Shown: positions 44,295 through 53,549 of the stretch, in pieces
How the letters are laid out: each line of letters begins with the position of its first letter
Numbering within the stretch: the first letter of the stretch is position 1
Assembly: GCA_947084875.1 (NCBI GenBank)
Contig: CAMTUF010000003.1
Span: forward strand, 58,644 to 122,643
Source of the DNA: an uncultured bacterium
GTDB taxonomy: Bacteria > Patescibacteriota > Saccharimonadia > Saccharimonadales > Saccharimonadaceae
DNA length: 64,000 nt
Direction of reading: 5' to 3'
The notes under the pieces: generated by a model
Seen by the model: the letters and a program-made list of their open reading frames with translations, nothing else
Databases searched by the model: none
Told to the model about the DNA's origin: nothing
Position numbers and translations under genes: made by a program

Positions 44295-44303
44295 ATTATA
44301 TCA
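44295..44303 (-). promoter_or_regulatory. extended -10 promoter (TGATATAAT) directly upstream of the tRNA-Ser-like fragment
   Basis: TGnTATAAT ends 9 nt before the GGAGAG start of the fragment. Confidence 0.4.
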
Positions 44304-44309
44304 GTAGTA

Positions 44310-45215
44310 TTAGCGCTTAATGAGCATGTCAAAAAGTGCCATGCGAACATACAAACCATTTTCTGCTTGGCGGAAGTACGCTGCACGCGGATCACTATCA
44401 ACGTCGGTTGTTATCTCATCAACACGAGGGAGTGGGTGCATGATGATGGCATCTTGTTTCATTTGAGCGAGCGACTGCTTAGTGATGTGATAGCTATCGC
44501 CAATTTGCTCATATTCAGCGGGATCGTCGATTCGCTCTTTTTGAATACGCGTTGCGTACAACACGTCAGACTCGGGCAATACTTCAGCAAGTGACGAAGT
44601 GACAGAAACATCATTTTTTAACTCTGCTTGAAGATCAGCAGGGAAAGCTAAAGATACTGGTGATGCAAAACGAATCGAAACATCAAAGTTATTCAGAATC
44701 TTCGCAAGAGAATGTGGCGTACGCCCGTACTTCAAATCGCCTAACATAGTAATCGTGAGGCCGTCTATTTTTCCTTTTTCTTGATAGATCGTATATAGGT
44801 CAAGCAGTGCTTGGGTTGGATGCTCACCTACCCCCTCGCCCGCATTGATGATTGGTACCGACGATACGGCTGCAGCCCGAGCCATCGCGCCAACTTCAGA
44901 GTGACGAATAACAATGGCATCAGCGTATCCTGCTAGCATGCGCACGGTGTCTTCGAGCGTCTCACCCTTGGCTACTGACGTCGTCTTTTGAACATCGTTA
45001 ATATTAATCACGCCGCCGCCCAAGCGATACATAGCTGCCGTAAATGAGCTATTTGTACGAGTCGATGGCTCGAAGAACAAGTTCGCAATAACGTGATGAG
45101 CCAGTCGTTCATCGCCTCCATCCTTTTTTACTAACTCTCGCATCGCATCAACTCGCTTGAAAAAATCTTCAAGCGCGGACCGATCAAACTGATCAACACT
45201 GAGAACGTGATCCAT
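44310..45215 (-). CDS. pyrB: aspartate carbamoyltransferase catalytic subunit
   Basis: STRT, HPTQ and HPLPRVDEI motifs. ATG 45215 has a GGGAGA SD. The upstream part of the track ORF is unlikely to be real. Confidence 0.9.
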   Translation of the reverse strand: MDHVLSVDQFDRSALEDFFKRVDAMRELVKKDGGDERLAHHVIANLFFEPSTRTNSSFTAAMYRLGGGVININDVQKTTSVAKGETLEDTVRMLAGYADAIVIRHSEVGAMARAAAVSSVPIINAGEGVGEHPTQALLDLYTIYQEKGKIDGLTITMLGDLKYGRTPHSLAKILNNFDVSIRFASPVSLAFPADLQAELKNDVSVTSSLAEVLPESDVLYATRIQKERIDDPAEYEQIGDSYHITKQSLAQMKQDAIIMHPLPRVDEITTDVDSDPRAAYFRQAENGLYVRMALFDMLIKR

Positions 45216-45332
45216 CTTTTTCTCCCTTGTTTTATCACTTGTAAGTATAACGTAGTAAAAAAGATTTCGAAATAATATAACGGTTGTATAAATCACGCCA
45301 CAAATAAGGTTGTTTGTCTTACCCTCAGCGGT

Positions 45333-45338
45333 CATAAT
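45333..45338 (+). promoter_or_regulatory. putative -10 box (CATAAT) 7 nt upstream of ATG 45346
   Basis: The hexamer abuts the start codon. Confidence 0.35.
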
Positions 45339-45345
45339 CAAAGGG

Positions 45346-46146
45346 ATGACAAAAACCACCACTCCACCAGTAATTGAACTTCACGGCCTTAAAAAAAGGT
45401 TTGGTATTGGTGATGCTGAGCACTTCGCACTCGATGGCATGGACCTGACGATCAAAAAAGGCGAGTTCATCGCAATTATGGGGCCAAGTGGTTGCGGAAA
45501 AACAACACTGCTTAATATCTTGGGGCTCCTCGATCGTGCAACTGATGGTGAATACAAGTTGGACGGACAAGAAGTTAGCACCCTTGGTCCGCGTCGCCAA
45601 GCACGTATTCGCTCTCAGCAAATTGGTTTTATCTTCCAAAGTTTCAACTTAATCTCGCGGCTCAACGTCCTAGAAAACGTTGCGCTACCACTCACCTACA
45701 AAGGCATTACAAAAACAAAGCGACTGCAACTTGCCAGTGATATGTTGCATAACTTTCATCTCGGTGAACGTGAGTACTATATGCCGTATCAGCTCTCGGG
45801 TGGCCAAACCCAGCGCGTCGCCATTGCCCGTGCACTTGTGAACGAACCGTCGATTATCTTGGCCGATGAGCCAACAGGCAACCTAGACTCGCGCTCCAGC
45901 CATGTCATTATGGAAGAACTGTCCGACCTACACAAACGTGGCAATACTATTATCATGGTGACGCACAACCCTCGTCTTACCAGCTACGCCAGTCGCGTAA
46001 TCACAATGATCGATGGCCACGTGGATACAGACACCATGGTGCTGCCCGAACTTGTCGAACTTGCACCAAAGCGGCCATTAAATCAAAAAAGTCCTAAGAA
46101 AGCAAAACGCAAAAAACGAGCTACCAAGAAAAAGGAGGCTTTATAA
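45346..46146 (+). CDS. ABC transporter ATP-binding protein (MacB/LolD-like) with Lys-rich tail
   Basis: Walker A GPSGCGKTT, signature LSGGQTQR and Walker B ILADEPT. C-terminal tail KSPKKAKRKKRATKKKEAL. Confidence 0.88.
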   Translation: MTKTTTPPVIELHGLKKRFGIGDAEHFALDGMDLTIKKGEFIAIMGPSGCGKTTLLNILGLLDRATDGEYKLDGQEVSTLGPRRQARIRSQQIGFIFQSFNLISRLNVLENVALPLTYKGITKTKRLQLASDMLHNFHLGEREYYMPYQLSGGQTQRVAIARALVNEPSIILADEPTGNLDSRSSHVIMEELSDLHKRGNTIIMVTHNPRLTSYASRVITMIDGHVDTDTMVLPELVELAPKRPLNQKSPKKAKRKKRATKKKEAL

Positions 46147-47378
46147 TGCGCTTTCTCCTCGTCAACCATATTCAAAACGCCTACCAGTCGCTTCGTAGTA
46201 ACCGCATGCGCAGCAACCTCACTATGTTGGGGGTCACAATCGGTGTTGCCAGTATTACTACTATTCTGGCCCTCAGCGCTGGTGCGAGTAAAGTCGTCAG
46301 TGACCAAGTTGATGCATTAGGTGGCAACATTGCTGTTATTCGGCCAGGTACAGTCTCGGACGATCCGCTAACAAATCTGACAAAAACGAAAATTGGACGT
46401 GACTACGCCGCTAGCACCCTAACAGAAACCGACCTCAGTCTCATCCGCCAACTCGACAATGTCACGGCATCAGCTCCGCTCATGATCTTTAGTGGCACAG
46501 TCAAGGCAGATCAAACTGCACCAGAACACACGCCCATTGTTGCAACAACACCAGAACTCGCTACGATTTCTAAGCTCGACGTTCGAGCAGGGCAATTTCT
46601 TGATGACCTTATTAGTCCTAATACGGCGGTTGTCGGCACACAGTTATCTATCAATATATTTGGAACCGAAGAATCGATTGGTAAAACACTAACCGTTCGA
46701 GGGCAGGCCTTTACCGTTATTGGGGTCCTGAAACGCATGGACGATCCCATTAACTATAATCAAGTCGATTTTGATAACGCCGTCATTGTCGGACTCGAAA
46801 GTGGCAAAAAACTGAATCAAGGCATCGCTCAAATTCAGCAAATTAATATCAGTAGTAGCTCTGTGAGCGAGCTTAGTCAAACTATTATTGATGCAAACAA
46901 AGCGCTTCTTGCTAGTCACAATAACGAACGTGACTTTTCAATCCTATCTGGTGATCAGATTTCACGGCCAACTAGCCAACTATTCTATGCAATTGCAGGC
47001 GTCAGTGCTGCCGTTGCAGGCATATCACTGCTTGTCGGTGGTATTGGCATTATGAACATTATGCTGGTAAGTGTGGCCGAACGAACTCGCGAAATCGGTA
47101 TTCGAAAAGCACTTGGTGCCACAAACAGCGACATTGCTGCTCAGTTTATTATTGAATCACTCGCTATCGGAATCGGTGGAGGTATCAGTGGCTATATCGT
47201 GGGCTACTTGCTTGCGTTTGCTATCAGCACATTCCTCACATTTGACCCTGTTCTCAACTGGCAAATTGCGGCCGTTGCGCTGTTTATATCCCTTGTTGTC
47301 GGCACATTCTTTGGACTGTATCCCGCAATCCGCGCTTCACGAAAAGACCCTATTGATTCACTACGAGAATATAGCTAG
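46146..47378 (+). CDS. ABC transporter permease (MacB/FtsX-like)
   Basis: 410 aa with an N-terminal TM helix, a large periplasmic-type domain and a C-terminal FtsX 3-TM domain. Its start overlaps the ATPase stop (ATAATG). Confidence 0.82.
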   Translation: MRFLLVNHIQNAYQSLRSNRMRSNLTMLGVTIGVASITTILALSAGASKVVSDQVDALGGNIAVIRPGTVSDDPLTNLTKTKIGRDYAASTLTETDLSLIRQLDNVTASAPLMIFSGTVKADQTAPEHTPIVATTPELATISKLDVRAGQFLDDLISPNTAVVGTQLSINIFGTEESIGKTLTVRGQAFTVIGVLKRMDDPINYNQVDFDNAVIVGLESGKKLNQGIAQIQQINISSSSVSELSQTIIDANKALLASHNNERDFSILSGDQISRPTSQLFYAIAGVSAAVAGISLLVGGIGIMNIMLVSVAERTREIGIRKALGATNSDIAAQFIIESLAIGIGGGISGYIVGYLLAFAISTFLTFDPVLNWQIAAVALFISLVVGTFFGLYPAIRASRKDPIDSLREYS

Positions 47379-47416
47379 TGCCACAATTCGGGCGACAGAG
47401 CCCGATACTACCTACA

Positions 47417-48460
47417 CTAAGCGACGAGTTCTTTTTTCAATTTCTCAATCAACGCAACAGGCGTTGGATCAACGTTATTAAGTATCGCAACATAAATACT
47501 GACAAAGTCTGCCAGTATACTGCCCCACAGCAACTGTTCAATCGCTGTATCGCCCGCTAGGTTGACTGTGTTCGCTTTTGGCCGTTTACCGCTTAACAAG
47601 CGATCAGAAATTTCAAATCGCTTCAGAATCTGTGGATGCTCAAGGTTACTTATGAGGTCAAAGACAGCAAATGGCTTTTCAATTGGATGTGAGTCCCATC
47701 CCATAAATTCATTGTGGTTAAATTCAGAATATTCATTCCAAAATGCAACATTCTTGGCGTTCTCGTTCCAGCTAATCTTCCACTTGTACGCAACGGGCGC
47801 GCTCAAAGTACCACCGTAAAAAACAGGTGTTTTGCCAACAGCAATGTGAGCAAGTTGCTTGGCATAGTTATCGTCGGTAGCGACATCACTTCCCCACTTC
47901 TCGCTTTCTGTCTTCAGCCATTCAGCTGTTGCACCAATCTCGTCAAATCGTTTTTTGTCGATAAGGCCAAAATTGATCATCAATGACACAAGCGCTCGTA
48001 AATTGTAGATAACAGCCATGCGTGGCTGCAGGTTCTCGGGGAGTTGTACGTGTGCCACGCGATCACTGCCCGCAACATCAATGAGCTTACCGCCCGCAGC
48101 AATAATAGCCAGCTGTGCGCCTTTTACTTCAGCCTGTTGCAGGGCGCTCACTGTCTCTTCGGTGTTGCCCGAGTAACTACTGGCAATCAACAACGTGTTC
48201 GTGCCTACATATTCGGGTAAATCATAGCTACGCAGTACTTCTACAGGAACTTTGAGTTCCGACTTCAACCATGCCTTCAATAGAAGCGCAGCCAATGCCG
48301 ATCCGCCCATACCTGCAACGACGACATTTTCGAGGGGACGACCATCATTATCACCATTCCACACCAGCGCATCGAAAGTTGTTTGTGCATACTGTGCAGC
48401 CGCGACAGCCAGCGCATTTTCTGGATCCCGTTGCTTCAACACATTTGCATCATCTAACAT
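47417..48460 (-). CDS. bifunctional phosphoglucose/phosphomannose isomerase (SIS family)
   Basis: 347 aa with a SIS-domain pattern (GMGGSA..., SYSGNTEET) and a C-terminal PGI/PMI-type domain. Confidence 0.6.
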   Translation of the reverse strand: MLDDANVLKQRDPENALAVAAAQYAQTTFDALVWNGDNDGRPLENVVVAGMGGSALAALLLKAWLKSELKVPVEVLRSYDLPEYVGTNTLLIASSYSGNTEETVSALQQAEVKGAQLAIIAAGGKLIDVAGSDRVAHVQLPENLQPRMAVIYNLRALVSLMINFGLIDKKRFDEIGATAEWLKTESEKWGSDVATDDNYAKQLAHIAVGKTPVFYGGTLSAPVAYKWKISWNENAKNVAFWNEYSEFNHNEFMGWDSHPIEKPFAVFDLISNLEHPQILKRFEISDRLLSGKRPKANTVNLAGDTAIEQLLWGSILADFVSIYVAILNNVDPTPVALIEKLKKELVA

Positions 48461-48536
48461 TGCGAGTCTTGCCCCCTTATATAGGTCTATGATACAGTAT
48501 TTAGTAACAAAGCATAAGTACTAAATAGGGGTGGGC

Positions 48537-49148
48537 ATGGATAGTAATCCGCAATCAGTGAAACCAATGAGCGACGATCAAGAACTTGCGAAAGTCCTGG
48601 CTGGCGTTGGTCAACAAACAGATCAGGCGCTTCAGTTTGAAGAAACACCTGTTGCTCCTCCTGTGACGCCTTCGACAGATACTCCTGTCGCCCCCGCACA
48701 AGACTCAGCTACAGATCAACATGCAACTACTGATACAGCTCCCGCAACTACTGATACACCTTCGGACGACAACTCATCTCAACCCGAGACCGCTCCAGAG
48801 GAACCAGAGCCAGCAGTAGAACTGCCATCGCCTACTGAACCTGTTATGCCAACATACAATCCTCCCGTTATCACTTCTGTTGCTGAGTCTGCAACTGATG
48901 AACAAAGTGACCTTAGCAGCATTAAGAAAGATGCTCTTAACGACCTTCGTCCGCTTGTTGATAAACTCGAAATTGCTCCTGAAGAAAAATTCGACACATA
49001 CCTACTGTTGATTCGTTCAACGGATGACAAGACACTCATTGCGCCTGCCTACGCAGCCGCCCAGGCCATTCCAGACGAAGCTCGAAAGGCCCAAGCTCTC
49101 CTTGATGTCATTAAAGAAATTGACTATCTCTCAAATCCACCTCAATAA
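48537..49148 (+). CDS. hypothetical protein with acidic P/T-rich N-terminal half
   Basis: ATG 48537 follows an AGGGG SD. The track start at 48531 is a GTG. No family recognised. Confidence 0.45.
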   Translation: MDSNPQSVKPMSDDQELAKVLAGVGQQTDQALQFEETPVAPPVTPSTDTPVAPAQDSATDQHATTDTAPATTDTPSDDNSSQPETAPEEPEPAVELPSPTEPVMPTYNPPVITSVAESATDEQSDLSSIKKDALNDLRPLVDKLEIAPEEKFDTYLLLIRSTDDKTLIAPAYAAAQAIPDEARKAQALLDVIKEIDYLSNPPQ

Positions 49149-49172
49149 CAGATTGACTTATCGAAGTTTTTG

Positions 49173-49181
49173 TGCTAAAAT
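49173..49181 (+). promoter_or_regulatory. extended -10 (TGCTAAAAT) 8 nt upstream of ATG 49190
   Basis: TGn plus TAAAAT lies close to the start codon and there is no SD. Confidence 0.4.
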
Positions 49182-49189
49182 AGCATTAT

Positions 49190-50473
49190 ATGGACCTTCC
49201 CTCGCAACATAAGGAATCCCTCATCCTACCCGTCGATCAATATCCCGATTTATTTGCTCCAATACCTCTCTATCTTGACGATGAAATGACCTACCCGAAC
49301 GGATCGGTTGACGACTGGCGCGGCAAAAATAACAACGAACACCGTATCGACATTCACGATAATCTTGAATCGCTCGTGAACGTGTCTGCGCTTGACCCAC
49401 CAATATTCTGCACAAATGACTACCGCGCCAAGTTAGATAACTCAGGCAATGAGCGTCCATTGTCTGGTACTGTGATCTCACAATATGTGCGTGAGTCGGT
49501 CGCCGAGCGCCTGTCTGATGTGCAGCGACAACTTCCCCCTAACTATCGATTGATTATTTATGATGGTTGGAGAAGCCTAGAAACACAGCTCGATGCCTAT
49601 TCACTTTGTTTTGATTCTATCGTCGATACGTTAATTGACACAGGTGTTCTTCCGTCACACGACATATCGCCCGAAGTCAGCGAGATTATTAGTCGCGAAA
49701 CTCAAAAATACATTTCGCTTCCTTCTCCAATGCCACCAGCTACCGACCCAACGCCTGAGTCTGTAGAAGATGCAAAAAAAATTCCTTCACCGCACAACAC
49801 GGGTGGTTCAGTAGATGTTGCTATCGTCCATATCGACGACGAAGCGCTGGAAGAACTGAATCGTCTGGAACGAGCATTGTCTGGCAAAACAGACCAAATC
49901 AAGCGTGGGCAACTAAACTTTGAACTTGCCGCCATCTATCGCCTCCATGCGACCCTCCCTGATTTTGGAACAGATTTTGACTTTGCTGGTCAAGAATCCG
50001 CCCTTACCTACTTTGAGAACGAAGGTGCGCCCGAACACCCAAAACTATGGCGACGTTTGCTCTATAATCTGATGACAAAAGCAGGATTTGAGCCATATTC
50101 GGAAGAGTGGTGGCACTTCAACTTCGGCAACCAAATGGCAGAACGCACAAAGTGGTTACGAACTGGTGAAAAAGGCGTGGCAATCTATGGCAATACAGAT
50201 CTGTTACCTGAACAAAAACAATTCGAACAGCTCCATGAAGTCGTTTTTGACGACTTAGTTCGTGCCTATGAAACGTCAGACACATACAAAATGAGTCCTA
50301 TTCTCAGCCGACTAGGCGTCACAGCCGCTCAATTATTGGATGTATCAAAACGTATTGGTGATCCACGCCAAACACGCAGCCTTGGCAACCCACACGATAT
50401 GAAGTACCGTGGTATCCTACCCGATGAGTTTATTAGAAGTCTGCAGGATCAGTTGGAACGCGAAGCTGCCTAG
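49190..50473 (+). CDS. M15-family zinc D-Ala-D-Ala dipeptidase-like protein (VanX/DdpX-like, enlarged)
   Basis: SPHNTGGSVDV (SxHxxGxAxD-type) and EEWWHF (E..WH) motifs. 427 aa, about twice the size of VanX. Confidence 0.5.
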   Translation: MDLPSQHKESLILPVDQYPDLFAPIPLYLDDEMTYPNGSVDDWRGKNNNEHRIDIHDNLESLVNVSALDPPIFCTNDYRAKLDNSGNERPLSGTVISQYVRESVAERLSDVQRQLPPNYRLIIYDGWRSLETQLDAYSLCFDSIVDTLIDTGVLPSHDISPEVSEIISRETQKYISLPSPMPPATDPTPESVEDAKKIPSPHNTGGSVDVAIVHIDDEALEELNRLERALSGKTDQIKRGQLNFELAAIYRLHATLPDFGTDFDFAGQESALTYFENEGAPEHPKLWRRLLYNLMTKAGFEPYSEEWWHFNFGNQMAERTKWLRTGEKGVAIYGNTDLLPEQKQFEQLHEVVFDDLVRAYETSDTYKMSPILSRLGVTAAQLLDVSKRIGDPRQTRSLGNPHDMKYRGILPDEFIRSLQDQLEREAA

Positions 50474-50476
50474 GCC

Positions 50477-52111
50477 TTAAAAGCCCATGCCGCCACCTGG
50501 TGCAGTAGGCGCTGCAGGTTCAGGAATATCAACGACAAGCGCACCCATTGTGGCCGCTGTTGAGGCGATAGACACAGCATTTTGAACAGCTTCTTTGGTC
50601 ACACGCGTTGGGTCAATCACGCCCGCCTTCTTGACATCAATGAGTCCTGCTTCAGGGTTATTCACATCAACTCCTTGACCAGGCTTACCTGCTTCGACTT
50701 GTGCGAGGAGTGCTTCACTTTTGAGACCTGCGTTCGTTGTAATCTGTAAGAATGGTTGCTTCAAAGCGTTCTTGAGGATTTGTCGACCTGCATTGATTGA
50801 ATCAGCACCTGTCGCTTCGATACCAGCTGAAACATTGACGAGTGTCACACCACCACCTGCAACAATACCTTCAGCAAGGGCTGCTTTAGTTGCAGCAACA
50901 GCATCATCAACGCGGAATTTCTTCTCGTCTATTTCAGTTTCAGTCGCGCCACCAACTTTAATGACCGCAACTTTACCGCTCAGAGCCGCAGCACGTTTAT
51001 CAAAGTTTTCTTTGTCATAGGCACTTGATGCATTCTCGGACTGTGACTGAATTTGAGCGATACGTGCCTTCACATCGGCAAGCTTGCCCGCACCTTCAAT
51101 AATAGTGGTGCTATCCTTGCCAACAATGACTTTGCGAGCCGTACCGACAACGTCGAGACCAACAGTCTCAAAGCTAAGCGCCAGATCATCGCTCACCACT
51201 GTTGCTCCAGTAAGAGTTGCAATGTCGTTCAAGATATCTTTGCGGCGATCGCCAAATGACGGAGCCTTAATAGCCACCGTATTAAAGACACCCTTTAATT
51301 TATTCAGAACTAAAATGCTAAGCGCTTCGCCTTCTACTTCATCAGCGATCAGCACGACGTCTTTTTTACCTGCCACGGCAAGCTTTTCAAGAATCGGCAA
51401 AAATTCAGATACATTACTGATTTTTTTGTCGGTGATGACAATTGCAGGCTTTTCGTAGACAGCTTCTTGTCGAGCAACATCCGTAATAAAGAATTGGCTG
51501 ACGAATCCTTTGTCGAATGTAAAGCCCTCAACAACTTCGGCTTCGAGTTCCAGCCCTTGGCTTGCTTCAACAGTGACTACGCCGTCTTTGCCAACCTTTT
51601 CGATGACATCGGCGATCAGCTTGCCAATGGTAGCGTCGCCTGCACTGATAGTAGCAACTTCAGCCACGCGCTCAGTTTTGCCTTCAATACTTTCGCTAAG
51701 CGTATCGAGAGCGGCGATAACTTCAGCGCCCGCAGCCTCAATTCCTTTGCGAAGTTCTTGTGGGTTATGTCCAGCGGCAATGAGTTTGTGCGCTTCGTTC
51801 AAAATATTGTATGTTAGCACTGTGACTGTCGTGGTACCGTCACCAACGACCTTATTCAGCTTGCTCGCAGCCTGCTTAATCAGTTCTGCTCCTACCTTAT
51901 ATCCCAATGTTTCGTCATCAACTTCAGCCAAATCAACAGACTCGGCGACTGTCACACCATCGTGCGTTACAGTTGGCCCACCATAGCCTTTGGCAATTAC
52001 CACATTACGACCCTTTGGACCGAACGTTACTTTCACTGCATCGTAAAGAGCCTTCGCACCACCAAGAACACGAGTGCGGGCATCATCATCGTAAAAAACT
52101 TTTTTAGCCAT
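50477..52111 (-). CDS. groL: chaperonin GroEL
   Basis: 544 aa. Canonical GroEL sequence throughout, with a C-terminal GGM-type tail (GGGMGF). Confidence 0.97.
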   Translation of the reverse strand: MAKKVFYDDDARTRVLGGAKALYDAVKVTFGPKGRNVVIAKGYGGPTVTHDGVTVAESVDLAEVDDETLGYKVGAELIKQAASKLNKVVGDGTTTVTVLTYNILNEAHKLIAAGHNPQELRKGIEAAGAEVIAALDTLSESIEGKTERVAEVATISAGDATIGKLIADVIEKVGKDGVVTVEASQGLELEAEVVEGFTFDKGFVSQFFITDVARQEAVYEKPAIVITDKKISNVSEFLPILEKLAVAGKKDVVLIADEVEGEALSILVLNKLKGVFNTVAIKAPSFGDRRKDILNDIATLTGATVVSDDLALSFETVGLDVVGTARKVIVGKDSTTIIEGAGKLADVKARIAQIQSQSENASSAYDKENFDKRAAALSGKVAVIKVGGATETEIDEKKFRVDDAVAATKAALAEGIVAGGGVTLVNVSAGIEATGADSINAGRQILKNALKQPFLQITTNAGLKSEALLAQVEAGKPGQGVDVNNPEAGLIDVKKAGVIDPTRVTKEAVQNAVSIASTAATMGALVVDIPEPAAPTAPGGGMGF

Positions 52112-52128
52112 CTTTTGAAATCCCCTTT

Positions 52129-52392
52129 CTATAACGTCGCGAGGACGTCATCTTCCTTTACGATTAAATAGTCGGTGCCGTCTACTTTGAGCTCAGTTGT
52201 GGCATATTCTTTGTAGACAATGCGATCACCGACCTTAAGACTTTTTACATCTGGGCCAACCGCCGTTACCTTAGCAAGAACTGGCTTTTCTTTTGATGTT
52301 TCTGGCAAATAAATTCCACTTGCAGTCTTCGACTGCGCTTCCTCGCGCACGGCGACAACACGATCTGCAAGAGGTTTAATAGGTGTACTCAT
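52129..52392 (-). CDS. groS: co-chaperonin GroES
   Basis: Starts MSTPIKPLADRVVAV... with an AAAGGAGG SD. 87 aa. Confidence 0.95.
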   Translation of the reverse strand: MSTPIKPLADRVVAVREEAQSKTASGIYLPETSKEKPVLAKVTAVGPDVKSLKVGDRIVYKEYATTELKVDGTDYLIVKEDDVLATL

Positions 52393-52421
52393 TATTAATT
52401 CCTCCTTTTGTTTGTAGATCA

Positions 52422-52450
52422 ATTGTAGCCAAAAAAGTTAGCACTTGCAA
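52422..52450 (-). promoter_or_regulatory. sigma-70-type promoter of groES-groEL (TTGCAA-17 nt-TACAAT)
   Basis: The -35 at 52445-52450 lies inside CIRCE and the -10 is at 52422-52427. The spacer is exactly 17 nt. Confidence 0.6.
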
Positions 52451-52464
52451 GGCCAGAGTGCTAA
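52438..52464. promoter_or_regulatory. CIRCE operator (HrcA binding site)
   Basis: The minus strand reads TTAGCACTC-TGGCCTTGC-AAGTGCTAA, against the consensus TTAGCACTC-N9-GAGTGCTAA. Confidence 0.85.
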
Positions 52465-52488
52465 CTTTTTGCAATTCTTTACATGAGT

Positions 52489-52494
52489 TACAAT
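52489..52494 (+). promoter_or_regulatory. putative -10 box (TACAAT) 8 nt upstream of ATG 52503
   Basis: The hexamer lies close to the start codon and there is no SD. Confidence 0.4.
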
Positions 52495-52502
52495 AGTGAG
52501 TA

Positions 52503-53537
52503 ATGACTGCACGTTTTGCAACAGCCGACGAAATTGCCAACTGGAATACATACATTCTGGCTAATCCAGATGGTGGCAATGTCTTTGCGAGCAACGAATA
52601 CGCTCAGCAAAAGACAATGGGCGGCTACACTATTCGCTACGTCTTCGTTGGAAAGCTAGCGATCATGGTCCACGAGAAAAATGCGGGACCTCTCGGCAAA
52701 TTGTGGTATCTGCCGAAAGGTCCAGAGGTACTATCCACCAAAGACTTATTTGCTGTTTTAAAGGATATGAAAACGTTAGCAACCCAAAACAATGTGTTTG
52801 CTATCCGCGTTGAATCTGAGCTACCTCGTTCTGCTGCGGGTACTCTGGCACGACATGGCATGGTGAAGGCACGTCCTATTATCCCAAATCCCTCAACAAT
52901 TACGCTTGCTATCGACAAGTCCCTCGACGATGTGCTGATGAGCTTACCCCAGAAAGGCCGTCACGCTATCAGACGCGCAGAACGTGACGGCGTCACCGTA
53001 CAGCAAGTTGACGCTTCTGATAAAAACTGTAAGACACTGTTCAAGCTCCTCCAAGTCACTGCCGAGGGGCAGTTCGGTATCCGTAGCTACGAGTACTATC
53101 GTACGTTTTGGCAGCGTTTCGAGGCAGCGAAAATGGGACAAATTTTCTTCGCCTACGTAGACGGCAAAGTTGTCGCAGGAGCTTTTGCAATGGCGTTCGG
53201 CACAAAAAGTACCTACTTGGTCGGAGCGTCAATTCGTAGGCGTACTGTCTATGGTGCCAGTCACCTCTTACAGTGGCACGTTATCGAGTGGGCGAAATCA
53301 AAAGGATCATTACTGCACGATTTCTGTGGTGCACCGCCTAGTGAAGAAGTTAATAATCCAACACACCCCCACTACGGCATCGGGCAATTTAAAACCGCAT
53401 TTAACAAGACAGTTACTGATTATATAGGCTGTTACGATTACATCGTTCGTCCAGCTCAACACAAAGCCTGGACACTCATTGGTGAACGAATTGCGCTACG
53501 CGTCCACACATATAAACATCATGATCTTTATTATTAG
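52503..53537 (+). CDS. FemAB-family peptidoglycan interpeptide-bridge aminoacyltransferase
   Basis: 344 aa. The N-terminal ...W..F......G.....Q...Y pattern, the double GNAT-like layout and the length are typical of the FemX/FemAB family. Confidence 0.62.
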   Translation: MTARFATADEIANWNTYILANPDGGNVFASNEYAQQKTMGGYTIRYVFVGKLAIMVHEKNAGPLGKLWYLPKGPEVLSTKDLFAVLKDMKTLATQNNVFAIRVESELPRSAAGTLARHGMVKARPIIPNPSTITLAIDKSLDDVLMSLPQKGRHAIRRAERDGVTVQQVDASDKNCKTLFKLLQVTAEGQFGIRSYEYYRTFWQRFEAAKMGQIFFAYVDGKVVAGAFAMAFGTKSTYLVGASIRRRTVYGASHLLQWHVIEWAKSKGSLLHDFCGAPPSEEVNNPTHPHYGIGQFKTAFNKTVTDYIGCYDYIVRPAQHKAWTLIGERIALRVHTYKHHDLYY

Positions 53538-53549
53538 GACGAACCGTTT

